A stretch of DNA of 64,000 bases from Ignavibacteriota bacterium. GTDB lineage: Bacteria; Bacteroidota; Ignavibacteria; UBA10030; UBA6906. Below are positions 9,321-19,529 of this stretch, piece after piece. The notes under the pieces were generated by a model. It saw only the letters and a program-made list of their open reading frames with translations, was not told the origin of the DNA and searched no databases. Made by a program: the position numbers and the translations under genes. The DNA is taken from contig CAWDEM010000008.1 in assembly GCA_963801355.1 (NCBI GenBank), positions 1,824,001-1,888,000 of the forward strand, written 5' to 3'. Within the stretch, counting starts at the first letter, position 1. Each line of letters begins with the position of its first letter.

Positions 9321-11786
9321 TTACTCAGAAGCGACGAGTGTGTATTCTTTCCCTGCCTCCGTGCGAAGATCGTACGTAAAGCTCTCTCTCGTCTTGACCC
9401 CTCTTGACGTCGCCTTTGGAGAGATCAATGGCTTCTTGAGGTCCGGTACCTGGTAGAACGGGTTTTTGTTCTCTCCGGTGGCCCTGGCAAGCTTGAGCTT
9501 GCCTTCGACCTTCAACGGCCAGTACGAGCGAATGCGGCAATTGCCTCCTAGCTGCGAATGAACGACCAATCTCGAAATCCTTCCATCTCTCCATGCCAGC
9601 TTCGTTATTCCAAATCCGCCACGTGCGCGAAGGCCTTCAACACTTCCGTCTTTCCAAACGACGGGCAGCGAGGGGAGGAGGAAGATCGCCCCATCGTTGC
9701 TTTGCAGAAGCATTTCGGCAATGCCGGCCGTGAACCCGAAATTGCCGTCGATCTGAAAGGGAGGATGAGCATCGAACATGTTTGGGTACGTTCCGCCCTG
9801 TTCAAATTCCGGATTGTCAACGAGTTTTATCTGGTTTGTGATGAGTTTGAAGGCGTGGTCACCATCGAGAAACCGGGCCCACAGATTGATCTTCCAGTTC
9901 ATTGACCATCCCGTTGAAGGGTCACCCCGGAAGATGAGCGAGGTTCGCGCGGCGTCAAAAAGTTCAGGGGTACGGAACGGAGAAATCTGATTCGATGGAT
10001 ACACACCATACAGATGCGAAACATGACGGTGATGGTCCTGTGGATCATCCCAGTCTTCAATCCATTCCTGCAATTGGCCATGGTGGCCGATTTGCATCGG
10101 AGGAAGCTTCTTCATCGTCTCACCCACCAGCGCAACCAGCTCTTTGTCGATATCGAGAATCCTGGCTGCTTCCGCGGTCCTTGTGAAGAGATCGAACAGC
10201 AGCTGGTTATCCATGGTTGTGCCAGCTGAGATCGAGGATTCGGAATGCGAAGACGGAGAATTCTCTGGAGAAACGGATGGACAGACCACCAGCCAGTCGT
10301 GTCCCGGATATTTCACAAGGAAGCTCAGGTAGAACTCCACCGCATCCCTCATGATCGGGTACACGGATTCAAGATATTTCTTGTCACCGCTGTATTCGTA
10401 TTTTTCCCAGAGATGCTGGCAAAGCCAGGCGCCGCCCATGGGCCACATGCCCCAGAACGAACCATCAATCGGTCCGTTCATGCGCCAGAGATCCGTATTA
10501 TGGTGCAGTACCCATCCCTTTGCACCGTACATGACTTCCGCGGTCTGCTTCCCCGTTACGGAAAGCTCCCTTATCATCTGGATAAGGGGCTCATTCATTT
10601 CACTGAGATTGGTAACTTCCGAGGGCCAGTAGTTCATCTCCGTATTGATGTTCACCGTGTATTTACTGTCCCATGGTGGATACAGCTGATTATTCCACAA
10701 TCCCTGCAGTGTTGCGGGTTGCCCGCCCGGCTGGGAACACGAGATGAGAAGGTAACGGCCAAACTGGAAGTAAAGCGCTGCCAGTTGAGGGTCGTTGCCT
10801 TCGGCGAACCTGGCAATCCGAACGTCGGTAGGGTTCTTTACCGAGTCGGTGACTCCCAGATCGAGGCGAACGCGATTGAAATACTTCTGATATGCGGCAA
10901 TGTGATCACGAAGGGTCTGGCCGTACGTTTTCGTGAGGGCAGCCCGGAGATACTGATCAGCCCTGGCACCTGCATCAGCACTGATATCAGCATAATTGTT
11001 GAAGCTGGATGCGATGGAGACAAAGACGGTGACAACATTGGCGTGTGCCACTGACAGCACTGTATCGGCAGCACTCACTGATCCACCTTCAGATAGGACC
11101 TTCACCTGAGCATGAAACTGAACCTTGCCTTTCACGGAATCGCAGTCGCCCGTGACGCCCGACATGACGAGCCCGTCAAGTCCTTTCGCCGAGATGGTAA
11201 CCGCCGCCGGCCGACTCATCGTAGCGAAGAAACTAATAGAGCCCGGTTTGTCGGCAGTCATTCGAACGACCATTACCTGGTCGGGGAACGAAGCAAACGC
11301 CTCGCGGTCATAGCGTACCCCATCGGCTGTGTAGCGAGTCGTTACTACCGCTTTTTCAATGTCGAGTTCCCGATAGTAGTCGGAGTACTGTTCGTGTCCG
11401 GGAAACAAGAGTCGAAGCTCTCCGACAGTCTGGTATGGCATCCCGTGTGAGATCTTGCTGATGATCTTCTCGTTCACGAGATCCTGCGCTTCCTTGTACT
11501 TGCCATCGAAGACCAGTCTCCGGACCTCAGGCAGCGCCTGTCTGGCATCCGGATTGTCATTGCGGTTGGGTTGCCCGCCCCAGACTGTCATCTCATTCAT
11601 TTGGATTGTCTCACGGTACGGATCGCCATAGACCATCCCCCCCAATCGACCGTTTCCGATCGGCAGGGCTTCGACCCACTGGGCCGCTGGATGGGCGTAC
11701 CACAGCTTGAGGGAAGTGCTGCTCTGGGCGCCGGCATTATCCAGCATCGCTAGACTGAGCAGGGTGAACAGCACCACGCTTCTCAT
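9321..11786 (-). CDS. GH95 alpha-L-fucosidase/alpha-L-galactosidase
   Basis: EALPIGNGRLG, FQFGRYLLIS, NINTEMNYW, HRHVSHLY, HPPFQIDGNFG. Start at ATG 11786 after AGGAG. Confidence 0.95.
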   Translation of the reverse strand: MRSVVLFTLLSLAMLDNAGAQSSTSLKLWYAHPAAQWVEALPIGNGRLGGMVYGDPYRETIQMNEMTVWGGQPNRNDNPDARQALPEVRRLVFDGKYKEAQDLVNEKIISKISHGMPYQTVGELRLLFPGHEQYSDYYRELDIEKAVVTTRYTADGVRYDREAFASFPDQVMVVRMTADKPGSISFFATMSRPAAVTISAKGLDGLVMSGVTGDCDSVKGKVQFHAQVKVLSEGGSVSAADTVLSVAHANVVTVFVSIASSFNNYADISADAGARADQYLRAALTKTYGQTLRDHIAAYQKYFNRVRLDLGVTDSVKNPTDVRIARFAEGNDPQLAALYFQFGRYLLISCSQPGGQPATLQGLWNNQLYPPWDSKYTVNINTEMNYWPSEVTNLSEMNEPLIQMIRELSVTGKQTAEVMYGAKGWVLHHNTDLWRMNGPIDGSFWGMWPMGGAWLCQHLWEKYEYSGDKKYLESVYPIMRDAVEFYLSFLVKYPGHDWLVVCPSVSPENSPSSHSESSISAGTTMDNQLLFDLFTRTAEAARILDIDKELVALVGETMKKLPPMQIGHHGQLQEWIEDWDDPQDHHRHVSHLYGVYPSNQISPFRTPELFDAARTSLIFRGDPSTGWSMNWKINLWARFLDGDHAFKLITNQIKLVDNPEFEQGGTYPNMFDAHPPFQIDGNFGFTAGIAEMLLQSNDGAIFLLPSLPVVWKDGSVEGLRARGGFGITKLAWRDGRISRLVVHSQLGGNCRIRSYWPLKVEGKLKLARATGENKNPFYQVPDLKKPLISPKATSRGVKTRESFTYDLRTEAGKEYTLVASE

Positions 11787-11814
11787 GATTGCTCCTACCA
11801 GCATTGTCTCAGAT

Positions 11815-14169
11815 TCAGACGACGACTGACCTGAGCTTGGCTTTCTTCGATGACACCAATGAGACAACAGAAACGCTCACATAGAAGCTGAGCCCTACAA
11901 AAAGGGTCAGCGTAAGACCAAAGAGCATGGACAGGATGACGGCGAGCACCGAGCCCAGGACGGACATAGAGCCATTGATCCCATACATCCATGGGATGTA
12001 TTGATCTTTGTGATCCTCCGCCAGCAATTGAATGCACGATGGGAAGGGAATCCCCAACAGAAACGCAAGCGGAAGGACGATCAGGAACGTTACCGCCGCA
12101 CGCAGGGGCAAGGCCAACTCGAGAGCTTTCCCAAGGATCACCGGCGAAGCGACAAAGAACAGGATGCCGACCACCACGATGGCGATGCTGACAATGTGCA
12201 ACCTCCTGAAGGAGTCTGCTCCAAAGAGGTGCTTTCCGCTATAGCTCCCGGTTCCCATCCCGACCAGCAACGAGCTTAGAAGAACCGACAACGAGATGGT
12301 TGGCGAGCCCAGATATAACACAAGTTTCTGGAAGAGCGAGACCTCCAGAATCATGAATCCCAATCCAAGGCAAGCAAAGATCGTCAACGGAGGAGCAGCC
12401 TCAGGCTGTCTGCTGCCGGCACTGTTCCGCTTGAGGGATCTGTAGGGAAGCCACACAGCCAGGAAATTGAAACCGACGGTTCCCATCAGAAGCCACAGAT
12501 ACTCATCAGGGATGCCCGTTTCCTTTTTGTAGAAGTATGGCCTATCATCCGTGCACGGCGAAAGGTCATATTCGGCCTGACGGACGTAAGTCTGAAGTTG
12601 ACCAGGAGATTGGGAGACTTGCGCGAGGAACCGGGTTGTCGCCGAAGGAATACCGTCTGTCAGGCCAAAGGGCAGGTAGTTGGCCGTGGGAAACCCCTGC
12701 GGCAAATGCTTGCAGGCTTCCTGCCAGCGCAGGGCTTCGTCGCGTGTATAGGCGTTTCTTTTGATGACGAGGGTCGGGGCATACTCGGCCTCGAGAACCA
12801 CAAAATGATTCTTGATTTCGTCTCCTGAGACTCCCAGATCCTGGAAAACACTGACGGCGGTGGAGAGCAGCCGCATCAGCTCCCACTCATTGTGTACGGT
12901 AAGAATCAATCTGCCTTCCCCGGTCAGTTTCTCCAGATAGTCTTCGAGCGCTTCTTTCGTAAGAAGGAAGTTCTCGCTCGTTGCGAACGGCTGGATGTTC
13001 TGCATTTGTGCAGTAGAGGGAAGAGCCATGACGATAAGGTCGAACGGGTCGTTCGCTTGCTTGACGAAGTGTCTTCCTTCCTCAACCATGATCCGCACGT
13101 TGGGAAAATCCGAGTAGATGCCCCCGTCGAACTCCTTATGATCCCTCACGATCCTGACGAAATCGGGATTTACCTCCACGCCCGTAATCGTGCCCGCCTC
13201 TCCGAACAGACCGAGCAATACCTCCTTCCCGCCTCCCGGGCCGATGACCAACATCGAACGCTTCTCATCCTTCTTCATGCATAAGAAAGGAATGGAGTTG
13301 GTCTGCTGCAGCAACAACGCCGGCAGGATTGACGCGGTATGCTGAACGTTTCCGTTGAACCGGTACACCTGGGTTCCCGCCGCACCATCCACAAAGAGCT
13401 GCCGCACCATGTCCTGGTGGCTGTATTGAACCAGGTCTGATCTCCCGTAGATACTCCAGCGGCTGTCGATGATTCTGGGAGTGGTTGCTACGCCCGGATA
13501 GACATAATAGAAGTCCTTTTCGGGAAAATTGCCGATTGGAACCATCCCGAGAAACTCATTCCTGCCATTAAGGAACAGAAAGATAAACGAGAGGGAGAGA
13601 ACGAAATAGAGCAGGATTCGCTTGCCCGGAGCAATCCGCGCGTGTACGAACATCGCGGACAGGGTGAACGCCACGAGAGCCACCAGGATGATGCTATTCG
13701 GTGCCCCCAGGAGAGTTATCAACCCTAGGGAGGCCAGAGAACCCACCGCAGCACCGGACACGTCTGATGCGTAAAGGCTAAAGCTCGAGGAGGAGCAGGC
13801 TTTGTAGATCTGCGCGTAGACGATGCCGCCGAAGAAAAAAGGAAGGAACAGCAGGAAGAGAAAGACTAACGGATATGTAATCGAAAGCTTGATCGTGGCA
13901 ATGATGAAAACGCAGATCGACGCACCAAGGCCGAACATGACGCGATTCACCACCCTGAGCGGATCATCGCCCGTCTTGATCCTGTAGTACGAGAACACAC
14001 CTCCGGAGCCTATGCCCAGAAGAGCAAGCGATAGGATGATGAACGCATAGTCCTGGACAAAAACGACCGATGCGATGCGCGTAGAGACGATCTCGAAGCA
14101 GAGAACCGATGCGGAGAGAAGAAAGACCGACGCATACACCAATATCTTACTCGTTGTTCGCAAGACCAT
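11815..14169 (-). CDS. Polytopic membrane protein with central spermidine-synthase-like SAM-binding domain
   Basis: N- and C-terminal transmembrane bundles flanking LVIGPGGGKEV, GVEVNP, EEGRHF, FDLIVM and PCTDDRPYF. Confidence 0.8.
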   Translation of the reverse strand: MVLRTTSKILVYASVFLLSASVLCFEIVSTRIASVVFVQDYAFIILSLALLGIGSGGVFSYYRIKTGDDPLRVVNRVMFGLGASICVFIIATIKLSITYPLVFLFLLFLPFFFGGIVYAQIYKACSSSSFSLYASDVSGAAVGSLASLGLITLLGAPNSIILVALVAFTLSAMFVHARIAPGKRILLYFVLSLSFIFLFLNGRNEFLGMVPIGNFPEKDFYYVYPGVATTPRIIDSRWSIYGRSDLVQYSHQDMVRQLFVDGAAGTQVYRFNGNVQHTASILPALLLQQTNSIPFLCMKKDEKRSMLVIGPGGGKEVLLGLFGEAGTITGVEVNPDFVRIVRDHKEFDGGIYSDFPNVRIMVEEGRHFVKQANDPFDLIVMALPSTAQMQNIQPFATSENFLLTKEALEDYLEKLTGEGRLILTVHNEWELMRLLSTAVSVFQDLGVSGDEIKNHFVVLEAEYAPTLVIKRNAYTRDEALRWQEACKHLPQGFPTANYLPFGLTDGIPSATTRFLAQVSQSPGQLQTYVRQAEYDLSPCTDDRPYFYKKETGIPDEYLWLLMGTVGFNFLAVWLPYRSLKRNSAGSRQPEAAPPLTIFACLGLGFMILEVSLFQKLVLYLGSPTISLSVLLSSLLVGMGTGSYSGKHLFGADSFRRLHIVSIAIVVVGILFFVASPVILGKALELALPLRAAVTFLIVLPLAFLLGIPFPSCIQLLAEDHKDQYIPWMYGINGSMSVLGSVLAVILSMLFGLTLTLFVGLSFYVSVSVVSLVSSKKAKLRSVVV

Positions 14170-14321
14170 CAGTCGTCATTTGGTTAATCCCGGATCTTCA
14201 GACAAGATGAGGGAGGACTCTAACACCGTTGACATCAGATCCTCCCTATGCAAGCGAGGCTCCTGCTTTGGCGAGACCAGGCGCCTCGCATCTTCACATC
14301 CTTGACATGTATCACCCGACC

Positions 14322-16724
14322 CTACTTCACCATGACGAATTTTTTCGTTGCGCTGAAGGTGCCTGAGGTCAACCGATAGAAATACACTCCGCTGGCAAGG
14401 TCGCGACCATCAAAGGTCACCGTGTACTGGCCCGGTGACTGCACCTCGTCGACCAATGTCCGGATCTCCCTTCCCAGAATGTCCAAAACGTCCAGCGTCA
14501 CCTGTGACGAATGAGGCACACTATAACGAATCGACGTTGAGGGGTTGAAGGGGTTGGGGAAGTTCTGCGCCAACTCAAATGCCGCTGGGAGCATGGACGC
14601 AGTCTCCGAAACGCTGACCGGGTTGTCTTTGACAAATTGCGCCATCCATGTGAGCGCAGGTCTTGACGTTCCGGTGTACCGGACCAGATAGCATGATGAC
14701 TGCCACACTTGTCCTTCCCGGTATCCCCACATCGTGATTCCTTTCACGCCCGGATGCCTCCACAGGACCGGAAAGACCTTCTGGTACAACTGCAGCTGTT
14801 GCGCGTCGTTCGGTGTGCCTGAGTTACCCAGGTTGCCGAGGTCAAATTCAGTAATATAGATGGGCAATCCCGTCGCAGCGAGCCTTGTCAAATTGCCCTT
14901 GAGCATGTTCGTATCGGCGCCTTCAAGTTCAAAGCGATGCCCTTGGACACCGATGCCGTCGATCAGACCCCGGTCCTTCAACAGATTGATGATCTGGAGG
15001 TAGGACGTCGTGGCTCCATTCTCGTTGATGATGCCAAAATCATTCAACAGCAGTTTTGCGTTGGGCAGATATTGCCTCGCCAACGCGAACGCTCGTATGA
15101 CCCAGTCCCATCCTGTCGCACCATTGCCACCCAGCGCATTTTTGTAATTCGCACGCCCCGAAGTTCCATCCGGCGGATTGTGTCCAGGCAATGGCTCATT
15201 TACGACATCTATCTGGCCCATGTCGGGATATCTCTGCCCCACCATTCTGAACCATGTCTCGATGTACCCTGCCTGCGTAGCGGAATCAAGACTTGAAATC
15301 CAGGCAGGCTGCTGTGCGCCCCAGATCAGGGTATGATGTTTGTAGACAAGATGGTTGTTCCTTGCGTAGTTGTAAGCCGCGTCAAGTCCCGTCCAGTTCC
15401 ACTGTGATGTGTCGGTTGAGACCCCGACGGATCCCCATTTGCCTGCATTTTCCGGTGTGACCTGGTTCCAGTATTTGATGAAGTTGGTGTCCGTACCGCT
15501 ATACGAGCAACCGATGAATTTCGACATACCCGAGGCGATTGCAGGCCCTTTCCAGATTGCGTTGGTGTCCACTGGCGTGCCAGACTTGCCGGCCTGCACA
15601 CTGTCGAGGTTCGCAACGGTAAAGTTCAGCGAGGTTTTGCCAAACGCGAGTTTGTCGATGTCCAGTCCGTTTTCACGACCTCCGATCTGGAACGTCTGGT
15701 CAAGACTGTCAATGTTCACAACAAACGGCTGTCCAGGCGTGCTCTGGTAGCCGTTCTTCATATTGACCCATTTCCAGACCCCGGTGCCAAGGCTTCCCGG
15801 GCCATCGACGACATCCGTTGGGCTGGAGAATCCAGCAGACGCGAGGCCGTTGACAATGATCCAGTCTGCAGTGGCCGTGTCTCGCTTGACGCCAAATCCA
15901 TTCCCATAGAAATAGCTGTCATCATCGAAACTGGCCGCCCCGATGCGCACGCGCGCGAAGAGATTGTACTTTCCGGAATCCGCAAACGCGACGTGATACG
16001 TGATCATGCGGCTCGTATCGCCCGGGGCACCGCCGCTGATGAAATTCGTTGCAACGGAAGTATACGTGACGCTCCCATCCAGCAGAACGGGAAAGTTGCT
16101 GCCGTGGTCACCGGATTCTGCCTCTACGATGACCGGAAGCGTGCCGGCATTTATATCAACGATTCGGAGATCGTCAACATAGATTGCGTTGCTCGTGTCC
16201 GCGGCGTAGTTGAAGTGGATGGGCGCTCGAATGACGGTTTGGTTGTCGGTCACGGTAAACGTCATCGTGTACTTCTGCCACTGGGTCGAAAGCGTTGCCG
16301 GCCGCAGGGCTTTGTACTCGGAATAGGAATAATTCCCGACCGTAAGATTCACCTGGGCACCCGCCTTCGCTGCTTTTGCCCATATGGAGTAGTTATAGGT
16401 CGCCCCAGGTCTCGCGGGGATGCTGTCCGCGACGATCTGAATATCCCATTGATTTGTCCCCAGACCGTGAACGGTCACTTTGAGCGCCTGGCTTCCCTGT
16501 CGAACGGTGTCGCTCACGATCTCGTACACGGGGGGCGGAGAGATGGTGTTCACAAATTGAACGAGCCAGCCCCTGGTGCCTGTCGCCGTGATATCACCCA
16601 CGCTGGAGCTTTCAAAGCCTCCGTTGGTGACAAGCTGCGCATGCAGCGCTGTCGAGCCGGGAATCACAAGGAGTACCACCGAGAGGACCAGACCTCCGAT
16701 GCGTCGCAGCGTAAATCCCTTCAT
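14322..16724 (-). CDS. Secreted GH10 endo-1,4-beta-xylanase with N-terminal CBM4/22-like domain and T9SS-type CTD
   Basis: WNQVTPENAGKW, HTLIWG, IDVVNEP, DGIGVQGH, PIYITEFD. Tail QNFPNPFNPST. Start at ATG 16724 after GGAGG. Confidence 0.93.
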   Translation of the reverse strand: MKGFTLRRIGGLVLSVVLLVIPGSTALHAQLVTNGGFESSSVGDITATGTRGWLVQFVNTISPPPVYEIVSDTVRQGSQALKVTVHGLGTNQWDIQIVADSIPARPGATYNYSIWAKAAKAGAQVNLTVGNYSYSEYKALRPATLSTQWQKYTMTFTVTDNQTVIRAPIHFNYAADTSNAIYVDDLRIVDINAGTLPVIVEAESGDHGSNFPVLLDGSVTYTSVATNFISGGAPGDTSRMITYHVAFADSGKYNLFARVRIGAASFDDDSYFYGNGFGVKRDTATADWIIVNGLASAGFSSPTDVVDGPGSLGTGVWKWVNMKNGYQSTPGQPFVVNIDSLDQTFQIGGRENGLDIDKLAFGKTSLNFTVANLDSVQAGKSGTPVDTNAIWKGPAIASGMSKFIGCSYSGTDTNFIKYWNQVTPENAGKWGSVGVSTDTSQWNWTGLDAAYNYARNNHLVYKHHTLIWGAQQPAWISSLDSATQAGYIETWFRMVGQRYPDMGQIDVVNEPLPGHNPPDGTSGRANYKNALGGNGATGWDWVIRAFALARQYLPNAKLLLNDFGIINENGATTSYLQIINLLKDRGLIDGIGVQGHRFELEGADTNMLKGNLTRLAATGLPIYITEFDLGNLGNSGTPNDAQQLQLYQKVFPVLWRHPGVKGITMWGYREGQVWQSSCYLVRYTGTSRPALTWMAQFVKDNPVSVSETASMLPAAFELAQNFPNPFNPSTSIRYSVPHSSQVTLDVLDILGREIRTLVDEVQSPGQYTVTFDGRDLASGVYFYRLTSGTFSATKKFVMVK

Positions 16725-16755
16725 GTCTGCCTCCAATTGTTATTGTCTGAAATAC

Positions 16756-19269
16756 TCATCTTGTGAGAAGTTCATTAGCGGCATTCACCAGAAAAACATA
16801 CTCGGCACAGATATCGATGACACATTCATTCTCACCCCAAAGGAAAGGCCAATCTTCTTTATTTTCCAGGAAATCAGGCTTCAGCAAGAGCACCCCGGGG
16901 ACGACTCCTCCGGCGATAAATGAGAAGTCCCCCCTGTTGCTCCCATAGGTTCTCGTTTTTGAGTGCGTCCCAACACCTGCGACAAACGAGATATTTGAAT
17001 ACGGATGGCAGCCGAACAGGTAGTTCAATGCTTTCAAAACATCCTCGCGCCCGACGAGATTCGGAAAAGTCTTGTGCAAATAGTAGTTCGTAATAGACCA
17101 ATTGATCAGTTCGGAATTTCCGGCCCATCCCCTTGTTCCGATGAGGACTCCGTAAGGGTTCTGTTGACTGAATTTGTCAATGCCCTCCCGGTATTTCTGG
17201 ACATACTTTTGCAGCTTTGACCTGTATTCTTGGGGCATATACTGTAGGGCCTTTGCTGCGGTCGCGATATTCCAGGCCAAACCTGAATCCAATTGAGACC
17301 ATATCAGCTCATCGAATCTTTTCCGGTATTGATCATTCTTCGTTGTTATAAGGAGTTGCAGCGCCGCCGAACACTCCGCATTGCTGAAGAACCAGGGAAT
17401 CCTTCCGAATTGCGCGGGCAGCGGTTCATTCCGTTCCTTGTTCCAGGCATTCTCAGCAATGGAAAGAGCTTCAGTCGAGAGAGGTTCATCGTAGTCCTTC
17501 AGAGCGCGGCTTGCGGCCGCCAGTGCGGCGATCGCGGAATAGTTGAGAAAGGGAAACTTCGGCGTGAAGACCCACCGGTCGTCAAGGGTCCCACTCGTCA
17601 ATCCATCCGTCTCGTAAGGTTTGAGCTTGGGATTGTATGGAAGATTGTCGGTTATTGTTGATGCATCTCCCAGGTGGTGATATTCATGAAGATAAGGGAA
17701 ATTGATTCCTCGCACTGCAAAACCGACATTTTTGAATTGCGCAATGAGCTGGAGAGTCCCATGCTCGATCTGCTGAACGATATCAGGTCGGCCATCGGGA
17801 CGATGAATTTCAACGAATCGATTTTTTTGATCGACAAACGTCTCATCGCGGTGGAGGTGGAAATTCTCCCATGACTCTACAAAACTCTGAATGGTCGTAC
17901 AGTGGTGCGCAGTTTCAATATCAAAGTCACCGGCATCAAACCACCCTCCGACATCCAATCCGGGAATATGTTCCAGCGGCGAGTACTTGGTATGCGTTGT
18001 GGAATCCATCCAGTACCCATCGAAATGCCTTATATTCACGGGAGCCTGCAGCGCATCGTCACGGAAAGGAACTCCATGCCAGACACGATAAGCTTCCCTG
18101 ACGAGCATGTGATCCATCTGAACGGGGAACCATACGTCAAGCGTCGGCTGCCAGACGTTGCTATAGACCTGCGTGGCAATCGGGAATGCTTCTGTTTGTT
18201 GGTCGCCATATTGTATGCGATACAAGCCGCTGTCCTTTACGGACGTAAAATTAAACGTCACGTAGTTGTACCGGAGAAATTCTCCCCACGGCTTGATCTT
18301 GCCTGCAAATTTCTCCACAGACTTGCCGTCTCGCGTAATCTGGCAGAGGGTTGCCGTCTGCAGCGGCGTGGTATTCTTGTCCAACTCTATTACCGCGATC
18401 TTGTCCTGCGATGGATGGTATCCCACCTGCGAGAACCCAACAACAGGCTGTCGTGTCCAGTTCGGAATAGTATTTGGCTCGAGGTACCATTCGATCACGG
18501 TGCCCGTTTTATTTGCCGGGATCAGACTGCGCACGACGAACCAACCATTCTGTGCGAGGAGTCGTCCATCATACAGCATCAAGTCTTCACTGGAAGAGTG
18601 AATTCTCACGTAGCGTTCCGGATCCTCCGGTGCCATGGCCAGCGTCTTGCATTTCACGAGAGGGATCGGGACGAGGAATTCACCTCGGCCCCGGTCGTCG
18701 AACGTTGAATATCCATTGAACTGAGGAATCTTCTGTGACAGGGGGCGGACTTCCGCGCTGCTGGAGGGATAGCGCGGGAAAATACCGGGCTGTGCATCAG
18801 CCAGGTACGTCTTCTCAAAGTAAGCGGAAGGAAGAAATTCGAGATTGAAGCCCGCGGTCCCAACAAGCTTTTCGGGGAGGGGCTTATCGAGATGTACACG
18901 AATCAAGACTCCATCGTCCTTTGCCGCTACAGTCACCCTGGAATCAAAATCGTAGCTGTCGTAGCGCAACTTCACTTCAATGGAATTGTTTTTCTTGTCC
19001 AGTGCGTTTCCCGCCATGGTGGGAATCTGGTCCCATTGTTCCGGCGTCGGCTGGAGTCGGACGGCGCCCCCTGTTGCAGTTCGGACACCGTGATGAATAA
19101 TCTCGATGCCTGCGGTCTTTTCGTCAAAAAAGAACCCGTTGTATTGATTGTTGAAAACGAACACATTGAGACCCCGAGTCTCCAGGTAGCCACGATCGTT
19201 CACATGTAGCTTCTGGCAGAATACTGTGGCAGGCAAGAGAATCAAGAGGATGGCGAGCATGCGTCGCAT
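16756..19269 (-). CDS. GH9 glycoside hydrolase with Ig-like domain
   Basis: SQVGYHP, GGWFDAGD, YLFGCHPYSNISFV and ENECVID motifs. Signal peptide. Confidence 0.88.
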   Translation of the reverse strand: MRRMLAILLILLPATVFCQKLHVNDRGYLETRGLNVFVFNNQYNGFFFDEKTAGIEIIHHGVRTATGGAVRLQPTPEQWDQIPTMAGNALDKKNNSIEVKLRYDSYDFDSRVTVAAKDDGVLIRVHLDKPLPEKLVGTAGFNLEFLPSAYFEKTYLADAQPGIFPRYPSSSAEVRPLSQKIPQFNGYSTFDDRGRGEFLVPIPLVKCKTLAMAPEDPERYVRIHSSSEDLMLYDGRLLAQNGWFVVRSLIPANKTGTVIEWYLEPNTIPNWTRQPVVGFSQVGYHPSQDKIAVIELDKNTTPLQTATLCQITRDGKSVEKFAGKIKPWGEFLRYNYVTFNFTSVKDSGLYRIQYGDQQTEAFPIATQVYSNVWQPTLDVWFPVQMDHMLVREAYRVWHGVPFRDDALQAPVNIRHFDGYWMDSTTHTKYSPLEHIPGLDVGGWFDAGDFDIETAHHCTTIQSFVESWENFHLHRDETFVDQKNRFVEIHRPDGRPDIVQQIEHGTLQLIAQFKNVGFAVRGINFPYLHEYHHLGDASTITDNLPYNPKLKPYETDGLTSGTLDDRWVFTPKFPFLNYSAIAALAAASRALKDYDEPLSTEALSIAENAWNKERNEPLPAQFGRIPWFFSNAECSAALQLLITTKNDQYRKRFDELIWSQLDSGLAWNIATAAKALQYMPQEYRSKLQKYVQKYREGIDKFSQQNPYGVLIGTRGWAGNSELINWSITNYYLHKTFPNLVGREDVLKALNYLFGCHPYSNISFVAGVGTHSKTRTYGSNRGDFSFIAGGVVPGVLLLKPDFLENKEDWPFLWGENECVIDICAEYVFLVNAANELLTR

Positions 19270-19327
19270 GACACTCTCCTTATGTGCAGTCCAGAGACCT
19301 GCTGAAGGAATGGTGGCTTCGAGAATT

Positions 19328-19513
19328 CTATTCTTTGATTTCAGCTATATACTTGTCGCCGCATCGATGACAGACCGACAGAGGCTTCATGCGCGACCTG
19401 GTGTCAATGGTGCGGTTGAGAACATAGCCTTCGTCGCTCAACTGCCCGCACATTCTACATCGGAGATTGCAGGAGTTCGTCACCGTGAAAGAAATGAACC
19501 GTGGGAAGTTCAT
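19328..19513 (-). pseudogene. Internally deleted radical SAM (SPASM-type) gene
   Basis: 61 aa. The N-terminal TNSCNLRCRMCGQ (CxxxCxxC) joins directly to a SPASM-like tail LSVCHRCGDKY. The barrel core is missing. Confidence 0.75.
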
Positions 19514-19529
19514 CGCTGGCCTGCAGAGA

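Noticed and set aside
14176-14250. Short ORF MSTVLESSLILSEDPGLTK with GGAGG
   Set aside because: The apparent RBS is one arm of a hairpin (GGGAGGA...TCCTCCC) and there is no coding evidence.
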